Below, piece after piece: positions 20,201 through 30,152 of a DNA stretch of 62,070 nt. The position numbers were made by a program, and so were the translations under genes. The notes below the pieces were generated by a model, which did not search any database, was not told the origin of the DNA, and saw only the letters and a list, made by a program, of their open reading frames with translations. The first letter of the stretch is position 1; every line of letters starts with the position of its first letter. The DNA comes from a virus (Duplodnaviria; Caudoviricetes), in IMG/VR virus record IMGVR_UViG_3300020183_000077, positions 1 through 62,070 of that record. One strand, given 5' to 3'.

Positions 20201-20879
20201 AATATTCCCAACTGTAATTTATCGTGGTGAAGTATCTTGCCACAAAGAATTTAAAGAGAAATATCTTACAGAACTGTGTAAATATTGGCATTATTCCGAA
20301 GAACTTCCAAGAGAAGAGTTAGAATCACCAGAAAATTCTGGAAGATATTTTCTCCACCATAATGAAAAATACAAAGATTTTTTTAAATGTTTATCGGATA
20401 ATGTTAGAGAATATTTAAATGTTCTTAATGTTAATGATTCTTTGCTTGATGTTCATGTAACAAAATCTTGGGTCAATATTCATAAGGAAGATCTCCCGAA
20501 TATAAAAGTTCATACTCATAATTGTAGTGACATATCATTTTGCTATTACCTAAACTGCAATCAGACATCAGATAAACTTTGTTTTCATCAAACTAAAAAC
20601 AATAATGAAGTATCTGAGTTTATGTTTCAAACGACAAGAAGTGGAAAATATAATTTGATTGAAAAATTCAACAAATATAATTGTAATAGTTTTAATGTGA
20701 CTCCGATAGAAGGAACCATTGTTCTTTTCCCAAGTTCATTAATGCATTCGACTATCCAACTTATGGAAAGAGAAGGTCAAAGAATTTCAATCTGTGGTGA
20801 TGTTACTCTAACTGTAAAGGAAGACTATGTAAAGTGTGAGTTCAGTCGATTGAATCCTTCATTGTGGAGGTCTTTCTAG
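20160..20879 (+). CDS. 2OG-Fe(II) oxygenase (TIGR02466-like)
   Basis: SWVN, HTH, EG..VLFPS.L.H, RISI. Confidence 0.85.
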   Translation: MQYTKEKIKHQVYEIFPTVIYRGEVSCHKEFKEKYLTELCKYWHYSEELPREELESPENSGRYFLHHNEKYKDFFKCLSDNVREYLNVLNVNDSLLDVHVTKSWVNIHKEDLPNIKVHTHNCSDISFCYYLNCNQTSDKLCFHQTKNNNEVSEFMFQTTRSGKYNLIEKFNKYNCNSFNVTPIEGTIVLFPSSLMHSTIQLMEREGQRISICGDVTLTVKEDYVKCEFSRLNPSLWRSF

Positions 20880-20918
20880 TAAAATAAATACTAAAAATGG
20901 TATAAAAGTGTCTTTACA

Positions 20919-22619
20919 ATGTCAGAATCCAGAGAAATAATTTCAGAATTAAAGCAAGAATTAGAACTCAAGATAAAACAAAGAGAAGGAATTCTTGATA
21001 GACTGGCATTGGTCGATATTGAAATCGACAAAATGGACAATTTAATAATTGGAATTGATAGAGACGCAATTGGAGTAACCAATACTATAAATCAATCAGT
21101 AACTCCAGTTAAGACTGCATATGATGCCAGAATTACCTCTGGATGCAGAACTGATTTAATATGGAAAGAACTTAGATCCTATGAATCTTGGGTTACTGGA
21201 GGTACAAAAGGTGGTGGAGGAATTACTAGAGTAACATTTACCGAATATCAAGTAAAAAAAAATAGTGACGTTTATGACTTTAAACCATATCATGGAATAA
21301 AATATTACCAAAAACCATCAAATAGAGACTATGGATCTAATTTGATTACTGAATTTGATGGTTATATAACCATGGGTTCAACAATTGTAGGTGTAAATAA
21401 TGCAGATTCTGTTCCTTCTGTAATTAAACTTGGAGATACTTTAACTGATAATTTAGATAATCCCCAAGCATTTACAACTGGAGATTTACCAGAAGTTGTT
21501 GGATTTGGATCAACTACAATTGTTGGGATTATCACAACTTTAGTTGGAGGAATATCTACTGGTTCTTACATTTTCTCTAATTTTGGTGCTGGTAATTTGA
21601 GTGGAATAACAACAGGAATGATTTTGTTGGCACCAGAAGTTACAGGAATGACAACAAGTTATGTTGGTGTGTTAACCACAAATGGATATACTTCAATTGT
21701 TGGTTTTGGAAGTACAACTCAAACTATTGAATATTATGATGAGGTTGGAGTATTAAGTACATCGGAACTTTTAGTTCCTTCCTTGATATTGGATAAACCA
21801 GCTACTAATTATTTGGAAGAAGGTACATTTAGAGTAGGAATACTTACAACACTCCCCTCGATGTTTATATCAACTACTGCACTAACATCTTTTGCAAGTA
21901 CCACAGTATATGTAATTAGAAATAATCCAGATATAGATTCTGGATTTGATTATACAGCAAATCCAAATAGTCCAGAAACAATTGGAATTATAAATGCTTC
22001 AAACGTTGGTGTTGGACATAGTGTATTTTATGATGCTTCAGGTGATCCTGGAATAACTGCAACTTGGAGACCAGAAACTGCAAGAGACAAAATACCAATT
22101 AGAGGAGCAGATGATTTGCCAGCAATTAAAGAACCAAAAGTCGGAGCAGGGAGAGCAGATTATTATATTGGAACAAAACAATGGCCAATAATAACAACTT
22201 GCACTACTAGTGGCGGAGGTGGTGGTGGAGGAGGAATTCCAATAACAACTTGCACATCTTCATATGCACAATTGGGAACAAAAGTAACAATTGGTGGTAC
22301 TACAAATTCAGTATCAATTGGATATACAGGAAGGGCAAATGGAGGACCAGATCCAAATGGTAGTGTTTGTGCGGGATATGATACAGCAATTACAAATGCA
22401 ACTAATAATATGAATTCTGTAATTGCTGCAAATCAACCAACAGCAGAAAAGTTGACATCAATGACAAGAAGATTGCGTGAAAGACGTGCGGAAAGAGAAC
22501 TTTATGCATGGTCTCTCCTTCAAGCAGCATCAAGAACACGAGAAGAAATTGACAAATTAAAACAACAAATTAAAGAAATGGAAAATTTTGATTTTTCAAA
22601 ATACGAAAAGAAAAAATAA
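20919..22619 (+). CDS. virion structural protein
   Basis: G/T/S-rich centre, coiled-coil termini, late promoter ATAAATA ~20884. Confidence 0.6.
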   Translation: MSESREIISELKQELELKIKQREGILDRLALVDIEIDKMDNLIIGIDRDAIGVTNTINQSVTPVKTAYDARITSGCRTDLIWKELRSYESWVTGGTKGGGGITRVTFTEYQVKKNSDVYDFKPYHGIKYYQKPSNRDYGSNLITEFDGYITMGSTIVGVNNADSVPSVIKLGDTLTDNLDNPQAFTTGDLPEVVGFGSTTIVGIITTLVGGISTGSYIFSNFGAGNLSGITTGMILLAPEVTGMTTSYVGVLTTNGYTSIVGFGSTTQTIEYYDEVGVLSTSELLVPSLILDKPATNYLEEGTFRVGILTTLPSMFISTTALTSFASTTVYVIRNNPDIDSGFDYTANPNSPETIGIINASNVGVGHSVFYDASGDPGITATWRPETARDKIPIRGADDLPAIKEPKVGAGRADYYIGTKQWPIITTCTTSGGGGGGGGIPITTCTSSYAQLGTKVTIGGTTNSVSIGYTGRANGGPDPNGSVCAGYDTAITNATNNMNSVIAANQPTAEKLTSMTRRLRERRAERELYAWSLLQAASRTREEIDKLKQQIKEMENFDFSKYEKKK

Positions 22620-22665
22620 AAAGGGCAACTATATATTATAAGAACAAAAAGTATACAAATAACTA

Positions 22666-25600
22666 ATGGCAGACAGATATCCTTTAATTGCCAATCCAAC
22701 ATCTAAACAAATAGAGGAATTGGCAGCTAATGACAATTTAAGTTTGTTGGGAAATAGTATTGTTGGTGCTTCCACAATCACTGCCAATCAATTTATTGGA
22801 AATTTGGCTGGTTCTGCCACTACTTCGACATTTCTTTTTAGTGGTGCAAATATTTTATCTGGAACAATTAGTCCTGATAGATTGATTGGTTTCTATCCAA
22901 TTGGTGTTTCCACTGCTAACGTATTAAATAATGCAACTAATATACTTAGTGGGACAGTTCCAAGGGCAAGGTTAGGTGGTGATTATGACATTAATATTAC
23001 TGGTACTGCTGCTACCTCAACTTCCCTAACAAATGCTTCAAATATAACTGGGGGTATTCTTCCTGCAGCAAGACTGAGTGGTGTATATAACATTGATATT
23101 ACAGGAACAGCATATCAAGCAGTTGGTGCTGCTGCATCACTTACTATTTTTGAGCAGACTGATAACCAAGTACAATTCTTAACATATACGAAAGACTTCA
23201 ATAAAGATACAAGTGCTTTCGTAAATCCTCTCGGTTTAGTCTATAATCCTGGTTTAAATTATGTAGGTATCGGAACCTCTGTGCCTACAGCAAATTTAGA
23301 TGTTCGTGGAACACTGCATAGTGTAGGATTAACAACATCCAATAACTTATTTGCACTAGTTGCAAGAATTCCCACATTGCAGGGAGTTACTTCTATTGAT
23401 GAAACAACAAAAAATACAATAGAAGTATCTCTCGGTCTTGATGTATTAAATGATTTAACTGTTGTTGGATTAAGTACATTTGATGCGTTGAGAGTGGTTG
23501 GAATAACCACTCTCAACAATGTGTCAATTACTGGTGTAGCAACTCAAGTTACTGCTAATATAACTAATTTAAATGCCACAAGAGCAAATATATCTGGTGT
23601 AACCACAGTATTTTCGGTCAGTGTTGGTTCAACTCAAATTATTAGCAGTTCCAGACAACTTCAAAATCTATCTGGAATAGACTCAACTACTGCTGCTTCC
23701 TTTAGAGCAGACCTCGGATTAAATGCACTGACTAGCATTAATGTTACTGGATTGAGTACTTTCCAAGACGTTAATGTTGATGGAATAACCAGATTAAATA
23801 ATGTCAATGTTTCTGGTGCGGCAACATTCCAGACAATAAATGCCACTACTTTTCTTGGATCTGGTGCTGCACTTTCTGGTATTGTAACAGCAATTATTCC
23901 TGGAATTGGTGTTACAATTAATCCAGTAAATGGAAAAGGCAGTGTTAGAATTGATGCTTATAAACCAATTGGAAAAACAATCTTTGTTACTCAAAGTGGA
24001 AATGATTCGAATAGTGGTTTGACGGAAAATGACTCTAAGGCAACTATAAAGGCGGCAGCAGCAATTGCAATGCCTGGAGATACCATTAAAGTTTTCCCTG
24101 GATATTATGTAGAGAACAATCCCATCGTTCTTTCAAAAAATGTTGCAGTAGAAGGAACAGAATTAAGAAACTGTTTGGTAAGTCCACTAAACTCAGATAA
24201 AGATTTATTCCATGTCAATAATGCAGTTCATATTACTGATTTGAGTTTTGTTGGTGCAGATTCCACAAATGGTGCTGCCGTTGTTGCATTCCAACCATTA
24301 GTCGGAGTATCAAGTAACAGATTCTTCGATGCTGCAAGAATGATTCGAATGAATCTTGACTTTATTGCAAATGAAGCAGTTGGATATTTAACGAGCACTA
24401 GTTACAAATCTCCAGCATTCGTTGTTCCAACTGGAAATTCAAAAGATTGCAGTGATGATATTAAAGATACCTTTAAAGCAATTTGCCATGATATAACTAG
24501 AGGTGGAAACTCTAAATGTGTAGGTGCAGGAAAGTCATATTATAGTGGAAACACTTTACAGCATATCACTGGAACAGATGTAAATGGTTATAGTGTAAAA
24601 GAAGCAACTATTGATGCAATTAGATATGCAGTAGGAATTGCATTCTCTTGTATTAACAACGTTTCCTGGAATGAAAATTACCAAAATACCTTTACTCAAG
24701 TAAAAGATGTAGGAATTCTTCCCGATTCAGCAACAGGTTCAAATAAGAGTATCGCATCTTGTGCTAATGTTCTTTCTGCGGTTCATACTTGTGCAGGTAT
24801 TGTAACAACTATCATTGGAGCAGGAACAACAATTCTTGGAGTTGGAATTAATACCACTTACCCTGGAAATGCAGGTTCTGGAACAACCATTCCCAATCAT
24901 CCTTCATTCTCTCCTGGTGTTGGACCAATTCTTCAGGGTCCTTATATTAGAAACTGTACTAATTTCATACCTAAGAGTATTGGTATGAAGGTCGATGGAT
25001 TTGCAGCAGAACCAGGTGATGAGGATGATGTTGGTGTAACAGGTTCAATGTCCGTTGACTCATATACACAATACAATCAAGGTGGTATTGGAGTATCAAT
25101 CACCAATGGTGCCTATGCTCAGTTAGTTTCAATCTTTACTATCTGTTGTGATACGGGAATCTATACAGAGTCTGGTGGTCAATGCGATATTACAAACTCA
25201 AACGCATCATTTGGTAATTATGGTTTAGTTTCAATTGGAGTTGGTAATAACAACACTAAATCAATTTATACTTTAACTGGAACTTCTTCAACAACAACTA
25301 CAAATGGACAAAACGAGGTTACAGTATCTGGTATTGGAAGTTATAGGCCATATGATGGACAAGTTGTTTATTTTGACAAACTTTATTATTCAGTTCAAGA
25401 GATTAAACTTACTGATGGTGGTTCTGGATACACTGCTGTTCCTAGGGTCATCATTGATGCACCAACTGGTCCAAATGGAATTACAGCACAAGCATCAGCA
25501 ACTGTAGAAAATGGAAGAGTTACTGCAATTACTGTTGTTACTGCAGGAAGTCAATATATTTCCACACCAAGTGTAACAGTTCAATCTCCAGACTCTGGAA

Positions 25601-26028
25601 CTACCGCAACTGCACAAGTTTCAAGAATTGATCCAATTTACTATAGAGTTTTGGAATCGACTCTTCCATCTGCAGGTGTTTCAACAGTAACTCTTGCACA
25701 GAATCTAAATAATACAGTAAGTTTTGGAACAACTGCATATTTCTCTAGAATAAGTTTACAACTTGCTTCTTCTCATGCATTTGAATTTATTGGTTCAGGT
25801 ACAGAGATATTAAAAGCAAAACCAGCACTTGGTGGAGTAACAATTCAAGAAAATGAGGTTGTTAAACTGAATGGTGGTGATGTTGTTTATACAAGCACCG
25901 ACCAAGCAGGAAACTTTAGAATTGGTGATGGAGTAACAATCAATCAGGCAACTGGTGCTGTTTCTGGTAGAGATTTCACAAAAGCATTATTCACAACAAT
26001 GACCCCATTCATTCTTGCACTCTCATAA
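22666..26028 (+). CDS. tail fibre/baseplate-associated protein with beta-helix region
   Basis: GISTF-type repeats; GNDSNSG..TIK.A..PGDTI.V.PG.Y.E pectin-lyase-like start; GGSGY repeat. Confidence 0.7.
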   Translation: MADRYPLIANPTSKQIEELAANDNLSLLGNSIVGASTITANQFIGNLAGSATTSTFLFSGANILSGTISPDRLIGFYPIGVSTANVLNNATNILSGTVPRARLGGDYDINITGTAATSTSLTNASNITGGILPAARLSGVYNIDITGTAYQAVGAAASLTIFEQTDNQVQFLTYTKDFNKDTSAFVNPLGLVYNPGLNYVGIGTSVPTANLDVRGTLHSVGLTTSNNLFALVARIPTLQGVTSIDETTKNTIEVSLGLDVLNDLTVVGLSTFDALRVVGITTLNNVSITGVATQVTANITNLNATRANISGVTTVFSVSVGSTQIISSSRQLQNLSGIDSTTAASFRADLGLNALTSINVTGLSTFQDVNVDGITRLNNVNVSGAATFQTINATTFLGSGAALSGIVTAIIPGIGVTINPVNGKGSVRIDAYKPIGKTIFVTQSGNDSNSGLTENDSKATIKAAAAIAMPGDTIKVFPGYYVENNPIVLSKNVAVEGTELRNCLVSPLNSDKDLFHVNNAVHITDLSFVGADSTNGAAVVAFQPLVGVSSNRFFDAARMIRMNLDFIANEAVGYLTSTSYKSPAFVVPTGNSKDCSDDIKDTFKAICHDITRGGNSKCVGAGKSYYSGNTLQHITGTDVNGYSVKEATIDAIRYAVGIAFSCINNVSWNENYQNTFTQVKDVGILPDSATGSNKSIASCANVLSAVHTCAGIVTTIIGAGTTILGVGINTTYPGNAGSGTTIPNHPSFSPGVGPILQGPYIRNCTNFIPKSIGMKVDGFAAEPGDEDDVGVTGSMSVDSYTQYNQGGIGVSITNGAYAQLVSIFTICCDTGIYTESGGQCDITNSNASFGNYGLVSIGVGNNNTKSIYTLTGTSSTTTTNGQNEVTVSGIGSYRPYDGQVVYFDKLYYSVQEIKLTDGGSGYTAVPRVIIDAPTGPNGITAQASATVENGRVTAITVVTAGSQYISTPSVTVQSPDSGTTATAQVSRIDPIYYRVLESTLPSAGVSTVTLAQNLNNTVSFGTTAYFSRISLQLASSHAFEFIGSGTEILKAKPALGGVTIQENEVVKLNGGDVVYTSTDQAGNFRIGDGVTINQATGAVSGRDFTKALFTTMTPFILALS

Positions 26029-26046
26029 TTAGGAGGAAACTAAAAA

Positions 26047-26403
26047 ATGGCAGTAGCAGCCGCAGCAGTTAATAATTTTAGAACTGTAACAAAGGTAGTT
26101 GGAGTTTCCACAGAAGTAATTTATGAAGCACCAGTTGGATTTGTTGGTGTTATTCTTTTGGCGCAATGTGCAAATATCAGTGGTTCTGAACAGACTTTAA
26201 GTTTATATCATAATAGAACAACTATCGGTTTCGGTACAGTAACAACTGAAGTACTAAAAGATTACCCAATTCCAGCAAATGATACTGCAAACCTCTTGTC
26301 TGGAAAATTAGTTATAGAAACTGGTGATACTCTTTCTATAAGTGGAAGTTCTGGGACAGATTTGAAATTCCTTTCCAGTATCCTTGAAACATTTAACCAA
26401 TAA
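26047..26403 (+). CDS. small virion structural protein
   Basis: SD AGGAGG upstream; IY.AP.G, GKLV.ETGD. Confidence 0.7.
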   Translation: MAVAAAAVNNFRTVTKVVGVSTEVIYEAPVGFVGVILLAQCANISGSEQTLSLYHNRTTIGFGTVTTEVLKDYPIPANDTANLLSGKLVIETGDTLSISGSSGTDLKFLSSILETFNQ

Positions 26404-26408
26404 TAAAA

Positions 26409-28775
26409 ATGGCTGAGTATTTAAGTAATAGAGTAAAGAAGAAGTTTGGTACTGGTGTATCTACAACAAGATATGATTATTTGTCATTAGAGCAAGCAGA
26501 GCCAGACTTAGGAAATCCTTTAGTTGGTCCATCATCAATTGGAGCAAAACCATATCCAAATGGTGGTGCTTATATACTTGCATCTTTTGCACAGACAGAT
26601 AAATCTGACAGATACTGGGTTCCGCCATCTGCATTATCAGGTCTTGGACTTGGTATTATTCCTGGTGCATTTACAATTAGAGATGAGAATATTTTAGTTG
26701 GTGCAGCAAGTAGTTTTACAACTCTGAATTTTATTGGTCCAGGTGTTGCTGTTGATTTTGTTAGTGGTGATCCATCAGAACAAACTGGAGTTGCAACAGT
26801 AAGAATAACCTCTCCTGCAGCAGGCACTTTAAAAAACATTCAATATTATGGAGCAGATGGACAATTAGCAGGTTCTTCTAACTTTGTATTCGATTATTCT
26901 ACAAATAGAGTCGGAATTGGATCAACTCTTCCTGGTGTTGCATTAGATATTGGGCAAGGTGCAATTAAGGGTACTGGTATCTCAACCTTAACAACTCTAT
27001 TCTCAAACTCAGTAACTTCAAATACACTCTTAATTAATGGTACAGCATCGTTTAGTACGATATCGATTGGAAGTACCGAAGTAATTAGTTCTTCCAGACA
27101 ACTAAAAAATATTGCTTCTCTTGATGCAACTACAACTGCAACTATTGAGGCAGCGATTGTAAATGCACCAAATGCATTTACTGATTTAAGTGTTATTGGT
27201 GTATCGACCTTTAATGGTTTAGTAGTTGCAAATGGTGGACTTCAAATTGGTGGAGGGTCTAGTTTAGCAAGTCTTTCTGTAAGTGGTATTTCTACATTTG
27301 GGTATATCCAGGCAACAGGGATTAATGTTAGTGGTGTTACAACGACAAGTTCATTGTCTGCAGCAAATGCAAATATTTCTGGAATTGCGACAATTGGAAT
27401 TGCAACAGTAGGTACAATATATGCGACCAACTCACAAATTACTTCCATAAAAGGTGCAGATGCAGCTATTACTGGAATAACGACAACAAATGATTTAAAA
27501 GCAAAGTATGCTAATGTTTCTACTGCTGGTACAATAGCAAACTTCTTCGCAACAAATGCTACAGTATCTGGTTTGACTTCTACTGGAAGTGTTTATACAA
27601 ATACAGTAACAACAACTTCAAATGTTTCTATTGGTGGTAGTTTAACTGTAGATACAAACACACTAATAGTAGATTCTGTAGCAAATGGAGTTGGTTTAGG
27701 CACAACTCCAGGACATAGACTTCATGTTCAGGGTGATTTTAGAGTTAGTGATTTAGTTTATGTAAGTAATGGAAGAGGAATTACTGGACAAGTTTTAATT
27801 TCACAAGGTCCGAATCCTCCAGTCTGGGGAGCACCAGATGCAGTTACTGTTGGTGCTGCACAATCTATTTACTTAACAAATATCAATACAAATTCTACTC
27901 ACTTTTTAACTTTTTCGGAAGCAAGTTCCGAAGTTGGTTATCTGAATGTAGACACTAATGGATTGGTTTATAATCCATCCACAAATAGATTGGGAATTGG
28001 AAGTACATCTCCATCGTTTAATGTTGACGTTTTGGGAGATGTAAATTTTACAGGAACTTTATATCAAAATGGTGAATTATATGTTGCATCAAGATGGGCA
28101 ATTAATGAATCAAATAGCAATATTTGGAGACTCTATGGAAATGTAGGTGTTGGAACTAGTGCATTAAATCACAAATTTACTGTAAAAGGAAATACATTAT
28201 TAGACGGAATTACTTTTATTAATGACGGATATCTGAAAGTTGGTGTCATAACTGCTTCAAATATTAATGTAGGAACTGCTGGCACAATAGTTTCTGTTTC
28301 GGAGACAACTAGAAGAGTTGGTTTAGGAACAACAGCACCACGTTCTACTTTAGAAGTTGTTGGTGAAGGAAGAATAAATGGTGTAACCCATTTTGAAGGA
28401 TCCATAACTGAAAAAATAACTAATACATTTAGTACTAATATTCCTTCAACAGATGGTGTAATGACCATTGACGCAGGTGCAGGAACAGTTGTCGTTGGTA
28501 TTTTAACAGAAACAGTTTCTACTTGGGCATTTACTGGTGTCAATACGGAAGCAGCAAAAGCAACAACGGTCACTTTAATTATTGATTCAAACTCACTTTT
28601 GGGTTATGGTGAGACATGCACAGTAAATGGAACAAATATTACAGGTGGAGTTAGATGGGGTGGTGGTATTGCACCATTACCAACAAACAATGAAGATATT
28701 TTGAGTTTTACTATTGCAACTGACTCTACTGGAACCATTCGTGTTTATGGTTCTTCTGCACTCAACTTTAGTTAA
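26409..28775 (+). CDS. tail fibre protein
   Basis: Repeated VGIG(S/T)T and SG(I/V)ST motifs; AEP.LG.P N-terminus. Confidence 0.72.
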   Translation: MAEYLSNRVKKKFGTGVSTTRYDYLSLEQAEPDLGNPLVGPSSIGAKPYPNGGAYILASFAQTDKSDRYWVPPSALSGLGLGIIPGAFTIRDENILVGAASSFTTLNFIGPGVAVDFVSGDPSEQTGVATVRITSPAAGTLKNIQYYGADGQLAGSSNFVFDYSTNRVGIGSTLPGVALDIGQGAIKGTGISTLTTLFSNSVTSNTLLINGTASFSTISIGSTEVISSSRQLKNIASLDATTTATIEAAIVNAPNAFTDLSVIGVSTFNGLVVANGGLQIGGGSSLASLSVSGISTFGYIQATGINVSGVTTTSSLSAANANISGIATIGIATVGTIYATNSQITSIKGADAAITGITTTNDLKAKYANVSTAGTIANFFATNATVSGLTSTGSVYTNTVTTTSNVSIGGSLTVDTNTLIVDSVANGVGLGTTPGHRLHVQGDFRVSDLVYVSNGRGITGQVLISQGPNPPVWGAPDAVTVGAAQSIYLTNINTNSTHFLTFSEASSEVGYLNVDTNGLVYNPSTNRLGIGSTSPSFNVDVLGDVNFTGTLYQNGELYVASRWAINESNSNIWRLYGNVGVGTSALNHKFTVKGNTLLDGITFINDGYLKVGVITASNINVGTAGTIVSVSETTRRVGLGTTAPRSTLEVVGEGRINGVTHFEGSITEKITNTFSTNIPSTDGVMTIDAGAGTVVVGILTETVSTWAFTGVNTEAAKATTVTLIIDSNSLLGYGETCTVNGTNITGGVRWGGGIAPLPTNNEDILSFTIATDSTGTIRVYGSSALNFS

Positions 28776-28790
28776 TATTTTTTATAAACT

Positions 28791-29360
28791 ATGCCTAATT
28801 CATTTGGTGTTGCAAAAGCATTTCGTTCTGGTGAATTTCGTGACCCAGGTGTTAAATATGGTAATTTTTTCGTTTTTAACTACTTGGTCACAGCTGGTGC
28901 TGACTTAGATATTAGAGCATCACTCTTAGATCCATCTGGAACATCTGCAGTTCTTGGATGGGGTAGAGACGACGTAATAAGTAAAAATGGAATTACATTT
29001 GCCTACTGGGGAGGAGATAATACAGGAGTTGGTATAGAATCAATCTATATTGATAGAGCAAAATTTTTACAAGCATTCCCCACAGCAACTTCTTTTACTT
29101 TAGATTTAAGGTGTTTTTGGAATGCTATTATTGGAAATGAAGTTATTCTTAGTATGGATGCATATCAGGGTGGAGTAATGGTCTTGAATAACACAACACA
29201 TACTTTCAGCAATCCAACTGCTACTAATAGTTTTCCTTCATCAAAATCCATCAGAAGAACTATTGAGTTTCAATCATCAAACGTTGAGACGGATGGACAA
29301 AGACACTCAAGAGTAATCGTTGATTTTACCACAGAAACCATTACCTACTTTGCCAATTGA
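28791..29360 (+). CDS. hypothetical protein (probably virion-associated)
   Basis: DLD, WGGDNTG.G.ES motifs; follows fibre gene. Confidence 0.55.
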   Translation: MPNSFGVAKAFRSGEFRDPGVKYGNFFVFNYLVTAGADLDIRASLLDPSGTSAVLGWGRDDVISKNGITFAYWGGDNTGVGIESIYIDRAKFLQAFPTATSFTLDLRCFWNAIIGNEVILSMDAYQGGVMVLNNTTHTFSNPTATNSFPSSKSIRRTIEFQSSNVETDGQRHSRVIVDFTTETITYFAN

Positions 29361-29407
29361 TGAACTGTCCATGAACATTTGACAGGCAATTGGTTTAGTG
29401 CTATAAT
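29351..29407 (+). promoter_or_regulatory. perfect sigma70 promoter with upstream 20-bp palindromic box
   Basis: Box TGCCAATTGATGAACTGTCC; TTGACA(29379)-17nt-TATAAT(29402) with TG. Confidence 0.85.
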
Positions 29408-29433
29408 GAGTATGGAATAGGACACTAAATTTA

Positions 29434-29613
29434 ATGATTATCTCTAGAGATGTTTTGAACGACCTGAGGGGAATGCAAGAAGACATGGCAGAGCATTTTA
29501 CTGATGAAAATTTTCCAATTAGTGGAGAGACTTATTGGACTTGCGTTCAGTGTCTTGCTGAAGCAAAACTTGCTGAATTGAGAGGAGAACTTGTTTATGA
29601 TAAAGAAAATTGA
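29434..29613 (+). CDS. small hypothetical protein (59 aa)
   Basis: Manual translation MIISRDVLNDLRGMQEDMAEHF...SGETYWTCVQCLAEAKLAELRGEL; directly after promoter. Confidence 0.65.
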   Translation: MIISRDVLNDLRGMQEDMAEHFTDENFPISGETYWTCVQCLAEAKLAELRGELVYDKEN

Positions 29614-29803
29614 TTACTGCCAATTAAAAGACATTATTGTGAAAACAACTCCAGAAAACGTTAAAGAAGCAAACGAGGGATTATTCAATTGCACAATGAC
29701 TTTGCCTGCTGCTGCTAAGCATTGTGGAATGACCAAAAAAGAAATGAAACTTACTTTCTTTGAATATTTAAAATATCATCCACCAACCTACAGCAATTTT
29801 TAA
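29597..29803 (+). CDS. small hypothetical protein (HTH-like)
   Basis: MTLPAAAKHCGMTKKEMK helix-turn-helix-like pattern. Confidence 0.6.
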   Translation: MIKKIDYCQLKDIIVKTTPENVKEANEGLFNCTMTLPAAAKHCGMTKKEMKLTFFEYLKYHPPTYSNF

Positions 29804-29829
29804 ATAAATACATTGTAGTGGGATGTATA

Positions 29830-30093
29830 ATGAAATACAAAATCTCGTCAAACTATTGTTACCATGATGGTATAATAGTTGATATGTATTTTATAAATGG
29901 AATCCCATTTACGTTTGATTACATTCCAACATTAATGCAAGAAGACCCTTATATTCAAGTAGAAGCAGAAGGAAATCTTGATTATACTTCAGAGGATTTA
30001 TATATGTGGTCAAACTATCTGATTATGGAAGAATGTCATCCTCTAATGTTTGAATTGGATTTAGAAAATCCAGAGGAATTACCTTGTGATTGA
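29830..30093 (+). CDS. hypothetical protein
   Basis: ORF with late promoter ATAAATA at ~29805. Confidence 0.6.
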   Translation: MKYKISSNYCYHDGIIVDMYFINGIPFTFDYIPTLMQEDPYIQVEAEGNLDYTSEDLYMWSNYLIMEECHPLMFELDLENPEELPCD

Positions 30094-30152
30094 CAAGCAT
30101 AGTGCATTTTTGATAGCTAAATAACTTAAGATTAAGTTACTGTAGTTATAAA

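Noticed and set aside
22666-28775. Shared peptide modules (IISSSRQL.N...D.TT; GLVYNP..N.VGIG) between fibre genes
   Set aside because: Ordinary modular repeats of phage fibres
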